64,000 bases of DNA from Guillardia theta CCMP2712 (Eukaryota > Protista > Cryptophyta): the NCBI RefSeq assembly GCF_000315625.1, contig NW_005434577.1, positions 223,195 through 287,194 of the forward strand, read 5' to 3'. The notes beneath the pieces were generated by a model, which ran no database searches, had not been told where the DNA came from, and saw only the letters and a program-made list of their open reading frames with translations. Below are positions 10,511 to 26,533 of the stretch, one piece after another (the stretch's first letter is position 1; every line of letters begins with the position of its first letter). The translations under genes were made by a program, and so were the position numbers.

Positions 10511-13500
10511 CTAGTCAGGTGAGTCTGTAGGTTTTAGTTCTGAGATTGGATCAAGGGATGGATGTTGGAAAGACTCAAATTGGCCCAATACCTGCTTAGT
10601 CAGATTCATGTGTTGATAGCGTCCAAGTGATTTTGTCATGAGGTCAGCCAACATCTTCGAGGTCTGTACATATTGTACGTTAACGGTATTCTCTTCCACA
10701 AGTTGTCTTAGGAAAAACCTCTTGATGTCAATGTGTTTAGCCAAACTCTTTTTTCCTGGATTCGCAATGCAGATTGCAGCCTGATTGTCAATGTACAATG
10801 GAGTTGGATTGATACACTCTAGACCCAGGTCCTCTAATATTTGTCGTATGTAGATGATTTCTACTCCAGCCTTTGCGCCTGCACAATACTCTGATTCGGC
10901 TGTACTAAGGGTGACAAGTTTGAGTTTCTTAGCCTTCCAGACTATCGGGGCACCATTGTATTGCAGAAGTAAGCCAATGGTTGAGCGACGATCTGAGGAG
11001 TCTCCTCCAAAAACGCTATCGCTGTATGCAATTAATCCAGGACATGGTGAGTGTAGACTTCCGGCCCGTTTGAAAATTATTCCCATATTTTTTGTCTGAT
11101 TTAGATAATGAAGAACTCTCATAGCTTCCTTCCAATTTGTTACAGTGGGTGCTCTCAGATGTTGTGAGAGTCTTGAGATTGTGTAGGCCAAGTCAGGTCT
11201 TGTAAACACCGAGAGATAATTGAGTTTGCCTATCAGTTGTTGATATCTCGTCTGGTCTCCTTTGTGAAGGTAATCTCCATCATCACTAAGTTTTTGTTTG
11301 GTTGTAGTTCCAGGAGTCCAGGCTTTCATTTTCTCATCTATCTCGAATTCTGTCAATATTTCGTTGATGAATTTTTCTTGAGAGAGTGTGATGCTTCCTG
11401 TTTCAAGATCTCGTTTGATCTCTACCCCTAAGAAGTATTCCACTTCTCCCTTATCGGTGATTGGGAACCTGTTATTCAATTCTGTCTTGAATTCATTGAT
11501 AGGTTCCAAGGTGTCTCCAAACAGTAACACATCATCCACCCAGACAAGTACGATTAGAACACCCCCATCTGGTTTTCTGCGAATGTATACAGATTTTTCA
11601 AATCCGACGTCACGAAATCCTAATTGTAACAAGTAATTTCGTAAGGTTACACTCCACAAGTTAGGGGCTTGTTTGGTACCATATAGTGCTCGCTGCAGTT
11701 TCCAGAATACTCTGTCGTCCTCTGGTAGGTCTATTGGGACACTTCCTGTGAGCCATGCACGTAAGTACTTCAATAAGTCCTTGGGAGGTCTGGTATAAAT
11801 TTCCTTGTCTATGTTTGCATTTAGGAAGGCAGTTTTTACGTCGACATGGTGAATGTGATAGGTGTATTCTACGGCCAATGCAAATAGCAATCGAATAGTG
11901 CTCAGGTCTACAAATGGTGCAAATGTCTCTTCATAGTCGATACCCTTCACTTGACGATATCCCAACGCTACTATACGAGCCTTGAATTTGTCTAGGGTTC
12001 CATCTGAATTTGTTTTTACCTTGAAAACTGGTTTGCAAGGGATAGTTTTTGTTCCGGGAGGAACCTGTGACTCAGTAGTATACACCAATTTTTGTTCAAG
12101 GCTAGTCATTTCATCTTGGAGTGCTTTCATCCATTTGTCTCTATGTTCGCTTTCGTATGCTTCCTTTATGCTTTTGGGTTCCTTGATCCGCTGCCAGTAA
12201 GTGAGAGTTGATGAGGTGAAGTAGGCAGTAGATGTGGGGTTCACTGATTCTTCTGGACTTGTACGCCCCTGCTGTACAGAGAGTATGTCATCTAGATACT
12301 GAGGAAAGTTAAATTGAAGGTCCAACACTTTCTGTAAGGAGAACTCAGAATTGTCAGTTTTCAGTGGAATTATCTTTCCAATGTCATCTGGTACAGGACA
12401 GTCCACTACTTTGGTGAGAAGGTAGGTCTGCTTATTCCTTTGTTCCCTTCTGTGGCTCATGACTGTCCATGTTCCAGGTGTCTCATCCGGATAGAAGTAT
12501 GATGGTAATTCGAGTTGAACCTTATTTCTGACAAGTGCATTGACCACTGGTTGTTTTCTGCTCAGAGTTTTCAAACTATGTCGTTGTTTGATCAGTGGTT
12601 CTGTATCTTTTGCTTTATGCACATTGCCGGGAACAGATTTCGGAGATTCGTGATTCATCAGATCTGTACAGCAATCAGTACTGCCAGATTGTTGCTCACA
12701 GCTCATGACTTGGTGGTGTTCTGATAGATCAGAGCTGGAGTAGTCAGGGTACTCAAGTTCATTGTCGGTAAGTAGTGTACTTATGTCCTTGAGATCTGTC
12801 AACCTTCGTGAGCTCTTTGGCCTGCAAGGGAATAAGCTTTCATCAAACGCCACAGACGTGGAGATGAAGAATCGTTTTGACTTTGGTCCATACACGAGAT
12901 AACCCTTTGTATTAAACAGTGGATCAGCATCTCCGAGATAGATTCCTTCAACAGTGCTTCCAACCAGTGAACCTTTGTTATTTTTCCTGTGAACACAAGC
13001 ATAGCATCCGAACACCGGAAGCTTGTTGAGTGATGGGTAATATCCGTACAGTAATTGAAACGGAGTCTGATAGTTTAGTAACCGATGAGGAATGAGATTT
13101 GCAACACGTGCAGCGTGTACCGCTGCAAACCCCCAGAGGCTCTGGGGTAAATTGGATGTGTCCATGAATGCTCGAGTGATCTCTTTGATTCTCTTGACCG
13201 AAGATTCTGCAATACCATTCTGACTTGGAGTGTAAGGACAAGAGTATTCAGGTCTGATTCCAGCATTTTGCAGAATGGTGTTGAGTTTCTGATTCTTAAA
13301 TTCGCTGCCACAGTCGGTTTGTAGGATCAGTATTTTTACGTTAGTGCCAAATTCTGCAAGCAGGTCTCGAAAGAAGCTTTGAAGGAGTTCAGGTACATCA
13401 TCCTTTTTGGGAACTAGTAGAACCCATCGGAAGCGTGTCGCCTGGTCAGTGATTACGAGAAAATGCCTTGCTCCTTTGTGAGTCCGAATGTTCAGTGGAC

Positions 13501-14554
13501 CTGCTAGATCAGCGTGTAACTTCTCTAGTGGTTGAAAGTTTCTCTGTGTCGCACACAATTTGGTTATTTCACCGTTGTGCTTACTTGCCAGGATCTGTTT
13601 GCTCTTCATTCTAAGGCAGCACAGGCATTTTTCATCCAGGCAGAGATACTTCCGCGGTACCTCCGGAACTTCAGCCGTGCTGTAGTGTAGTTTGTTGAGG
13701 GCAACCATGTTCGCATGTCCCAGTTTAAGATGTAACTTCTGGAGAAACTGTGCCTTTTGAGACAGAGATTGTTCAGTACTGTGATGGTTACTAGCTGTGT
13801 CAGTGTTGCCAATCGGTACGGCAGGGGAAGCAGTAGGCAATCCCTCAGGAGCTGAGCTGGTCGCAGATCTTTCAGTTTCCTTGTATTCTCTGTTGAGCGT
13901 AGGCGTGCTGCTGCAGAACTGTGCAAATGGAGGATACAATTGATCTGTCACATTCTTATTCTTATTTGAGTCCACATAGGCTGCCTCTGCGATGTCTGGC
14001 ACTTCTGAGGTATGTGGATTCAACAGCCACAGCAAGAATTTGTTCAGTAAGGATGTACGAATTAAGTACCTTGTCTGGTGACTAGAGTTGAAGATCCAGG
14101 TATTGCCAGAACGGAGAAGAGGAATTACCAGGATAGAGCCATCTGATCCGGTACTTTCTATAGGACAGCACACGACCGAATGGTTTTTACAGAGAATAAC
14201 AAAGTAACCACTTTCCACTAGTCGGGCGGCTGAAAGTAGATTCACCATGAAGTCTGGCGAGAAAAATCCTGATAGATCTGACTCAGGCAGAAAAGGAAGC
14301 CTTGCTGTGACAGAGAATATGTCAGCTCTCTGTCTACGAGTTGGGAGCACAGTCTGGTTTTGTGTACTGCCAAGAATGGTATTCACTTGCAACTCCAGAG
14401 GTTCAGAATTAAGTTCAGTGATGAAATTAAGAATGTCAGAGTTGAAGAAATGATCGGAGGCTCCCGTATCCAACACAATTTGAATTCCTGGTTGCTCAGG
14501 GGTTTCATCTGAAGAACTGGGTGGACTGACATAGTGTTCTGCCAGGTTCATCAC
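10511..14554 (-). CDS. pol: Copia pol: protease, integrase, reverse transcriptase, RNase H
   Basis: PR LDTGAS; HHCC (HLKLGH..CLCC); IN D-D-E (HADLAGP / QTDCGSEF / QNGIAE); RT DVKTAFLN, LYGTKQAP, WVDD; RH YSDS, TAESEY, IDNQAA, LADLMTK. IN before RT is the Copia order. Confidence 0.97.
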   Translation of the reverse strand: MMNLAEHYVSPPSSSDETPEQPGIQIVLDTGASDHFFNSDILNFITELNSEPLELQVNTILGSTQNQTVLPTRRQRADIFSVTARLPFLPESDLSGFFSPDFMVNLLSAARLVESGYFVILCKNHSVVCCPIESTGSDGSILVIPLLRSGNTWIFNSSHQTRYLIRTSLLNKFLLWLLNPHTSEVPDIAEAAYVDSNKNKNVTDQLYPPFAQFCSSTPTLNREYKETERSATSSAPEGLPTASPAVPIGNTDTASNHHSTEQSLSQKAQFLQKLHLKLGHANMVALNKLHYSTAEVPEVPRKYLCLDEKCLCCLRMKSKQILASKHNGEITKLCATQRNFQPLEKLHADLAGPLNIRTHKGARHFLVITDQATRFRWVLLVPKKDDVPELLQSFFRDLLAEFGTNVKILILQTDCGSEFKNQKLNTILQNAGIRPEYSCPYTPSQNGIAESSVKRIKEITRAFMDTSNLPQSLWGFAAVHAARVANLIPHRLLNYQTPFQLLYGYYPSLNKLPVFGCYACVHRKNNKGSLVGSTVEGIYLGDADPLFNTKGYLVYGPKSKRFFISTSVAFDESLFPCRPKSSRRLTDLKDISTLLTDNELEYPDYSSSDLSEHHQVMSCEQQSGSTDCCTDLMNHESPKSVPGNVHKAKDTEPLIKQRHSLKTLSRKQPVVNALVRNKVQLELPSYFYPDETPGTWTVMSHRREQRNKQTYLLTKVVDCPVPDDIGKIIPLKTDNSEFSLQKVLDLQFNFPQYLDDILSVQQGRTSPEESVNPTSTAYFTSSTLTYWQRIKEPKSIKEAYESEHRDKWMKALQDEMTSLEQKLVYTTESQVPPGTKTIPCKPVFKVKTNSDGTLDKFKARIVALGYRQVKGIDYEETFAPFVDLSTIRLLFALAVEYTYHIHHVDVKTAFLNANIDKEIYTRPPKDLLKYLRAWLTGSVPIDLPEDDRVFWKLQRALYGTKQAPNLWSVTLRNYLLQLGFRDVGFEKSVYIRRKPDGGVLIVLVWVDDVLLFGDTLEPINEFKTELNNRFPITDKGEVEYFLGVEIKRDLETGSITLSQEKFINEILTEFEIDEKMKAWTPGTTTKQKLSDDGDYLHKGDQTRYQQLIGKLNYLSVFTRPDLAYTISRLSQHLRAPTVTNWKEAMRVLHYLNQTKNMGIIFKRAGSLHSPCPGLIAYSDSVFGGDSSDRRSTIGLLLQYNGAPIVWKAKKLKLVTLSTAESEYCAGAKAGVEIIYIRQILEDLGLECINPTPLYIDNQAAICIANPGKKSLAKHIDIKRFFLRQLVEENTVNVQYVQTSKMLADLMTKSLGRYQHMNLTKQVLGQFESFQHPSLDPISELKPTDSPD

Positions 14555-15674
14555 AGTCTCCGCTGGAAGTTGCCCAGTCCCAGTGGTTGGAGCGAGTCAG
14601 GGGGCTGACAGTAGTTTTCAGGGCAATCGAGTTCCTCTGAGTAATTCGCCATGATTTCAATCCGAGTCGTGAAGACGCTAGGGTCGTTGTATTATTAGCA
14701 CGATGGTACGATAAATTTTGTAGGGGAAAATACTGCGAACGTAGTTTCCTGTAGTTCGGTGGCAGAGGAAGTATTCCGATCCTCGACTTCCATGACCCTT
14801 GAGGCGAGTGGTGACTTAGTCTTCGAGTATCTGCAGACAGTTTTGTGAGCCGTGAGTAACAAGCGAGAGATTGGGGAATGCAGCTGGGTGTTCTTACGGT
14901 TGGTGTCTCGACCCGAAGCATGTTGTCACTCTTGAGTCCCTGACCGTATGTCCGTTTGGTACGATTATTCAGCCGAGCGAACGATTCCTCATCAAGTCCA
15001 GCCACCTTGTATTCAGAACAGATGTCTGCAATCAAATCCATTGCATCAGTGAGTGTCTCGGCATTCACAATCTCATCAGTTCTGCCAGCCACTGCTGAAC
15101 TACATCTCGAGTCCAGTCCTTGAATGAGTAGAGTAATCAAGTTATCCTGGGTTGGTAGTCCATCTTCTAGATTAAAGTCACATGCCCATACTGCGAGTTC
15201 TCGCCAGCGATTCTCAAACTCAAGTAGGTATAGCTCAAGAGAGCTGCTCTGTTTCAGCGTAATAAGGTTCTTCTGTAGTGTTGAGAACCGGTCCCATGGT
15301 CGTGGGCATTTAGTGCAACGAAAAACTCTAGAGATAACACCTTCCCAGTACTGTGAGGGTGAAGCTCCAGGTCCTACGTCAAATTGCACATTGCGAATGA
15401 TACTTACCAGTCGTTCATCAGTGCGAGGATCGTCCGCTAGGATGGGAAGCCAGTCGGACATTGGGATGGAATGACGTCGGAAGATTCTCTCTACCCCTTG
15501 TTTCCAAGTGTCCAGTGCGTCATAGTCAGTGCTACGTGGAAGCGGTGGAAACTCTATGCCGGATGGCGAGGAAATAATCGTAACTTGTGCTTGCCCCAGA
15601 AGTAGTTGGGGTATCATGTGCAAACAGAATGTTAGGAGCAACATTGGGGGATTTGGTGACATATCGATGCACAT
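14505..15674 (-). CDS. gag: Copia gag (capsid-like), in a different frame from pol
   Basis: Located between the PBS and pol. LKQSSSLELYLLEFE..LITLLIQGLD resembles retrotransposon capsid motifs. No CCHC knuckle seen and the start codon is uncertain. Confidence 0.75.
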   Translation of the reverse strand: MCIDMSPNPPMLLLTFCLHMIPQLLLGQAQVTIISSPSGIEFPPLPRSTDYDALDTWKQGVERIFRRHSIPMSDWLPILADDPRTDERLVSIIRNVQFDVGPGASPSQYWEGVISRVFRCTKCPRPWDRFSTLQKNLITLKQSSSLELYLLEFENRWRELAVWACDFNLEDGLPTQDNLITLLIQGLDSRCSSAVAGRTDEIVNAETLTDAMDLIADICSEYKVAGLDEESFARLNNRTKRTYGQGLKSDNMLRVETPTVRTPSCIPQSLACYSRLTKLSADTRRLSHHSPQGSWKSRIGILPLPPNYRKLRSQYFPLQNLSYHRANNTTTLASSRLGLKSWRITQRNSIALKTTVSPLTRSNHWDWATSSGDCDEPGRTLCQSTQFFR

Positions 15675-15924
15675 GCGGTGTGCTGGCGTATTGAAGATTA
15701 GCCTGTGCGTCGGTTGTCAGGTCTGCCAGTTTGTTTCTGTTGAACAGGTTCAGTAGTGATGGAAAGCATACATTGTTGTAGATTCGGCCTTTCCAGTCAG
15801 ACAATGTTGTGTAGATTGAACAGATGAGTCGAAAAGTGCAGTAAGCGAACCAAAGCACAAGAATTCCAAGACTGAGTGTGGCTGTATTGGAGGAAGAAGT
15901 CAGCCCTGGCGTAGTAGAGAACGA

Positions 15925-15935
15925 GGCTCATAACC
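15925..15935 (-). promoter_or_regulatory. Primer-binding site complementary to the anticodon arm of initiator tRNA-Met (half-tRNA priming, copia/Ty5 type)
   Basis: Sense-strand GGTTATGAGCC directly after the 5' LTR core. Confidence 0.85.
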
Positions 15936-16329
15936 GATGGATTGTATGCAGTAGCGAAGTTAGAGCAGATAGGTAATTGACTTCAGAGATAAGAGTATTT
16001 ATAAGTAGAGCAAGGATAGGAAGACAACAGAGACTGAAAGGATAGGAGAAAGAAAAAGATTAAGAGATAGTGAGAAAGGAAAAGAGAAGAGAGAGAGAAT
16101 GAGGAGAAAGAAAGAGGGAGAAGAGAGGGAAAGAGACAGAGAGAGAGGAAGACAAGACCCCATGCTTATATACAGATAACCAGGGGTATTGTCCGCCCCG
16201 AGGATGCTTCCTCTGGTCATTCCATCGAATAGTCGGAATGGAGAACCGTACCGTTCCAGAACAGTTACAATTTCTCAGTTTTTAGGCTCGGCAAGTCTGG
16301 GCTCTATATAAGATCCATGTGATCCGTCA
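15935..16329 (-). repeat. 5' LTR
   Basis: Direct repeat of 10087-10481. Confidence 0.95.
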
Positions 16330-16642
16330 ATGTTTGCAGTGGCAAGTTGTTGTGCAAGACGATCATCGGATGAGCAACAGCGAAATTTCATCTAATGCAA
16401 AATCTTCAAGTATGTTACAAAGAGATAATGACAGCAAAGAATTCTAATGTGATTGTGATTCACAATGATGCGGTATGAAATCTATTGCAGTCTGATGCCT
16501 TCAATGCCATGGTGGTCGAGACCGTGAAACTATCGCAGTCCGATCACTGTCAAGTCTTTCCCCACCTCTTTTAACAATACTATAACATGATGACAACAAC
16601 AAGGTTTAAGGCGCGAATGGTGTCAGTGCATCATGACGCTGA

Positions 16643-17305
16643 TCATATCTCGACCATCGCAGCATCTCCCGGAAGGAGAGGAGGTTCCAACAAACTTTCA
16701 TCCTGTGTGCCGGCACGGCTGTTGCTTCTCGATACCTGAGATGGAACAGTCAAAGGTGAATGATGAAACAGAGAGAACAAGAGAAAGAACAATGAGAAGA
16801 CAGAAAGTCAGCGAACGATGGCAGGATAGAAGAGACACGGACATGAAACATCAAGCAAGAAATGTTGAACTCACCCTAATCCGCTGCCCGTACAGATAGA
16901 TGTCGTTCATCACCTACATCACGAGTTACGACTATCACAACACTCTTCCACAAGTTGTTAGAGTAAACCTTCATCGCGTACACCACCGAATGCCTTGCAG
17001 AATTCACTTTCCCTAGACAATCCGTCACAACAAACATCGAGAAGCGATCAACGCTAAAACCGTCTGCAAACTGTACGAACGCGTATCCTTTGTGAGATAC
17101 TCTGTCACTGCCTGGATCATCGTGCAAGGGAAGTGTGATCCTCTCAACAGGTCCAACCTGACCACCATCTTTGTTCAAAGAAAGTATGAAGCAGCAAATC
17201 GTCGACCACCTGTGTGAATAGCTCATACAAGATCACTTCATCGACGTCTTGAGAAAGGTTTCCGACGAAAACAGTCCGATCAGAGTCTTTAGGCGCTCCA
17301 TCCAT
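16643..17305 (-). CDS. Single-RRM protein, RBM7/RBM11-like (multi-exon)
   Basis: Spliced MDGAPKDSDRTVFVGNLSQDVDEVILYELFTQ|VGPVERITLP..KGYAFVQF..SVVYAMKV|MNDIYLYGQRIR, with RNP2 and RNP1. Ends are approximate. Confidence 0.75.
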
Positions 17306-19388
17306 CACAATCTCGCTGAAACAGGCATCTCAAGGGGTAGTCAAACTTTCACAACTCGCACCTCGATCTCATTCTCCTCATCGGCGCGTTCATCGTCATA
17401 CGCTGATCCCCTCCCCCGCCCCCCGTGCTCCTTTGCTGTTGACTCCCTTCCTGAAAGGAATATCATTAGAGTCTTTGACGATCATACTGGATAATGGAGC
17501 AACTTGCTTCAAATTAGTTTCACTTTCCGTCCCGTCCCCTCTGTCATGGCGATATTTCTCTCCAGCGCCGCCCTTGTGAACCTCCCGTGCTCCAAGATTA
17601 TTTCTTTGCCTCACTGACGTACCTCGAACCCCACCCACCCACCCACCCAGTCACCTTCCTTTCTGCCTCAAACATCTTCCACCCACATCAATTTGGCTTC
17701 TACTATCTAAAAATATACCTCTTACATCACATTTTCTATCTGCATCATCATCTTTCTCCCTCTTGCCACTCTGTTCCTTGTCTCAATCTGTTCATTGAAC
17801 CATCAACTAAATTTTCATCTGTCATCCAGAATTGATCTCCTTCATCCTCCTCCTCCTCTCCTCCTCCTCTCCTCCTCCTCTCCTCCTCTCCTCCTCTCCT
17901 CCTCCTCTCCTCCTCCTCTCCTCCTCCTCTCCTCCTCCTCTCCTCCTCCTCTCCTCACATCGTCCACTTGAATCTCCTGGTGATCCGCCATTGGTTCCAG
18001 CGAAGTCAGTTACGTACACGTTACCCTCGTTTCATAAGTCGTTTATAAATTAAAATTTAAATATTAAACTGTAACGTTTGTAACGACTGACCTATTCTCA
18101 ATTCGGACCTGGTGATGGCAAAAGGACATAGTGAGGGGGTGGTGTCATACAAAACGATACAATAAGGGGGTGGGGTCATATACCCCTAGGTACTTTCTGA
18201 AGGCAATGTACCGGTACAATGATAGGTTCATTCTTTTGACAGGGGAGGTGGTACTTTTTTTTTTTCAAGGACGAGGTCATTTTGAGGGGTCCTGATCATT
18301 CGTGGGGGTAGGTCTAGTAAAAATGTGGGTTAATCTCAGGTATCTGAGAGGGTAGGGGGGTCATTACAAGCGGTTCTGAACTGGGTAGGGTTGCCTCGTA
18401 CAGGAACGGTCCCGTAGGTAGGGTAGTGGTACAAAAACTGTACTATCCACGCCATAGGGGTGGTGTAACAATTTACCAGGATATGGGGGTAGTGAGGTTG
18501 GGGGTGGTGACAGACTGGGAACGAATGACGAATCCTGTTCGGTCTGGGTCAGTGTAGATGCACCCCACCCCCTTCGAAATTTGTATGTACGGGTAGCAGA
18601 TATCGACTACCCCTGTCTCAAATTGAGCTTTGTAGATAAAAGTACGGGTACAAAATCAATAAAGTGGGGTGGGGTATCACCGGTTGCTCACGGCATGTTA
18701 CCACGATGGTCTGAGGATAATTCTTATTGACCCTTAAATTATCGGTGTTTGGTCAACAAATCCTGATTGTGGAAAAACTTTTGACAACTTATTTGATTTA
18801 TTTTCAACTTATGATACAATTATTTGAAATTTGGAATTTCGAGCAACCCCCTACGAGAATGTCTAGTTCAGAAAATGGATTGTCAGGCCGACGATGTCGG
18901 GGAGAGTTGGATGTGCGAGGTTTAGAAGGAGGAGAAGAAGTCGAAGGGAAGAAGAGAATGGAAGGAGACAGAGGAGTGGTAGGAAGATGCGAGAACAAGA
19001 TGAGGATCTGAATGAATCATTACATGGCGAGACAGGTAGGTAAACGACCATCTACTCAAAGCAAACTTTGGCAAGAAACATGTCCTGATTCAAAACATGA
19101 GGAAATAGGATCCAAATGAAAGACTAAACACAAAGAGAATCCTGATACCGATTTGAATTCAGAGATGAAAACTGCTGAAGGAGGTTGATAAAGCGAGATT
19201 TCCTCCGAGATTGAGGTTGGGAAACAGTGTAGAGCAAGCCAGAGAAGAAAGCTCGTGAGATGCTACTGAGCAGCGTGGGGAAGGTATTCAACAGCAGATA
19301 CTTGTAATAGCAGAGATATGTACTGAAATATTCTATCATCCAGATGCTTCCTTGATCTATCAGCGAAAGAATCGTTAATCGTCACTGG

Positions 19389-24308
<4,920 letters not shown>

Positions 24309-24559
24309 TACAAATATCTTGATGCTTGAAATGTTTTCGTTGTTGTTCACTGCGACAGCGACATTTGTTTTTGTCTTTTCGCCTCCTCCTCTACCTCTTC
24401 CCTTTTCCCCTTCCACTTCTGTTCATTTCAATTTTTTTCATGATCTGATATCTCAAGGACTTGTGTTGCTGTAGCCTGACAGGTTCGAAGCATTCACGTT
24501 GTCAATCTGTTAAAATGGTCAATCATTACAGATCATTCCAAGTTGCTGGCATCTGTCTC

Positions 24560-25988
24560 TTACAATGTCACGAACTGTCGCAAAATCCTCCCCATCCATG
24601 TTCCATGACAACCCCTGCCAGCACATGTCATGACAACAAGAAAACATGATCTGAACAACTTGCTCAGATTGCATTTCTCCCTCCTCACCTTGTTGTGATA
24701 CGTCTTCACATAATCATTCAGCCCGCGCAACATGTCGCTGTTGGCAGATATCAGCATCGTCAACAATCACCATGTCTGGTCCCACCGGAACGTCTTTACA
24801 AACTCAACATGATCTTCTGCATTTTCGCCCATGGACGTGGACTTGACAATCTGACGAGAGGATGAGAAAAATGGAAATGAGAGCAGGAAATCACCTTGTC
24901 ACCGTAGACAGGAATTGAGTTAATCATGTCAGAGATGTAGCCCGAAGGGTTCATTGGGACAGAGACCCATGCTGAAGTGAAAGTGAGAGAGGAGAGGAGA
25001 GGAGAGGAGAGGGGAGGGGAGGGGAGGGGAGGGGAGGGGAGGGGAGGGGAGGGGAAGAGTGACGATAGAGAAGGGGAGAGGGAACGAAGGAAAGAAAATC
25101 GATGAGGGAAGGAGAGGAGAGAAGGAAAAGAAGTGAAAAGAAATAGAACAAGATGAGAGGGAGACAAAAAACACGCAACAAGATGCTGACAGCGGAAAGC
25201 GTTCATGGCGATGATTGCCCTGACAGATATGCGGGTATTGAGCAGTTTCGGATGAACAAAATGAACGAGTTGCTCTCTCGAACCCCTTTGAACAACTTCA
25301 CATCATCAAACATGTTCAACATATCATAATCATCGTCAACATCATCATCGTTCTCGTCGTCGTCATCAAACAACTTGATTGTTAGCACATGTTCTCACCG
25401 AGACAGGGCATGCCGGACGACACAAGAGTTAGGTGGTGTCGGTTGTCAGACTGATAGAGAAGAAGAGAAGTGAGGAGCAGCAGCAGCAGATCGTTTCCTC
25501 TCACCTCCATGTCGCATTTCTCTTCGATCTCCATGAGGAATTCTGAGGTATCGACAAGAAGCTCTCGGATCTCTGACGCGAGACAGTAGTAAGAAGAATT
25601 CGGAAGAGAGGGAGGAGGAGGAGGAGGAGGAGGAGGAGGAGGAGGAGGAGGAGGAGGAGGAGGAGGAGGAGGAAGAGGAGGAGGAGGAGGAGGAGAAGGA
25701 GGAGGAGGAGGAGGAGGAGCGAACTTTGCGATAGTTGACAGCCTCGTCGTTGATGTGGTCGATAAACTTTCAAGGAATAAGAGTCAGAGGACGAGCTGTG
25801 AACTCGACGGTCACGTCATACCCCGAGGGCTTCATTGGTCCCGTGAAGAAGCTGTTTGAATTCCTGCGAGCGAGGAGATGTCACGATGTATCATATCATG
25901 ATTGACGTTCATCTTTACATCCTCCATTTCCGGCTGCTGTCCTCTGGAGACTTGCATCTGTGTTCACAAGATCATCAAACGCCATCTA

Positions 25989-26063
<75 letters not shown>

Positions 26064-26065
26064 AA

Positions 26066-26135
<70 letters not shown>

Positions 26136-26490
26136 GACTTACAAGCATCTCTCGTTGAGCTCCGAAAGCTTGCGCTACGTATCTCCCCTGTTGTTGTACC
26201 TCTCCACCTAACAAAGAACGTGTGAAGATAACAAATTTGTGCATTCGTGCACGTCCGTACCTATGGAGTTGACAGCATCGAGAAACGGGACCTGTTTGCA
26301 AGAAGAGAAGGGATGAGTGGTGCAGCGTCGGGAACAAACAGAGAAGGAAACGTCGGAGCCATGAACAACCCTAACTTTCTAGGTAAAAACAAGTGCAAGC
26401 TCACAAGATAGTTCGTGATCAAGTCCTCAAACTCCAGGACGGTTTCGCTGCCACGAAATTCGTGTAAGAGGATGATTATGCTGATGATAG

Positions 26491-26533
<43 letters not shown>

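Larger units (their letters stand above)
10087..16329 (-). mobile_element. Full-length, recently inserted Ty1/Copia LTR retrotransposon
   Basis: Two LTRs that look identical (core 10088-10480 = 15936-16328), TG...CA outer ends and a 5-bp TSD ATGTT (10082-10086 and 16330-16334). PBS and PPT are present, with gag and PR-IN-RT-RH pol. Confidence 0.97.
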
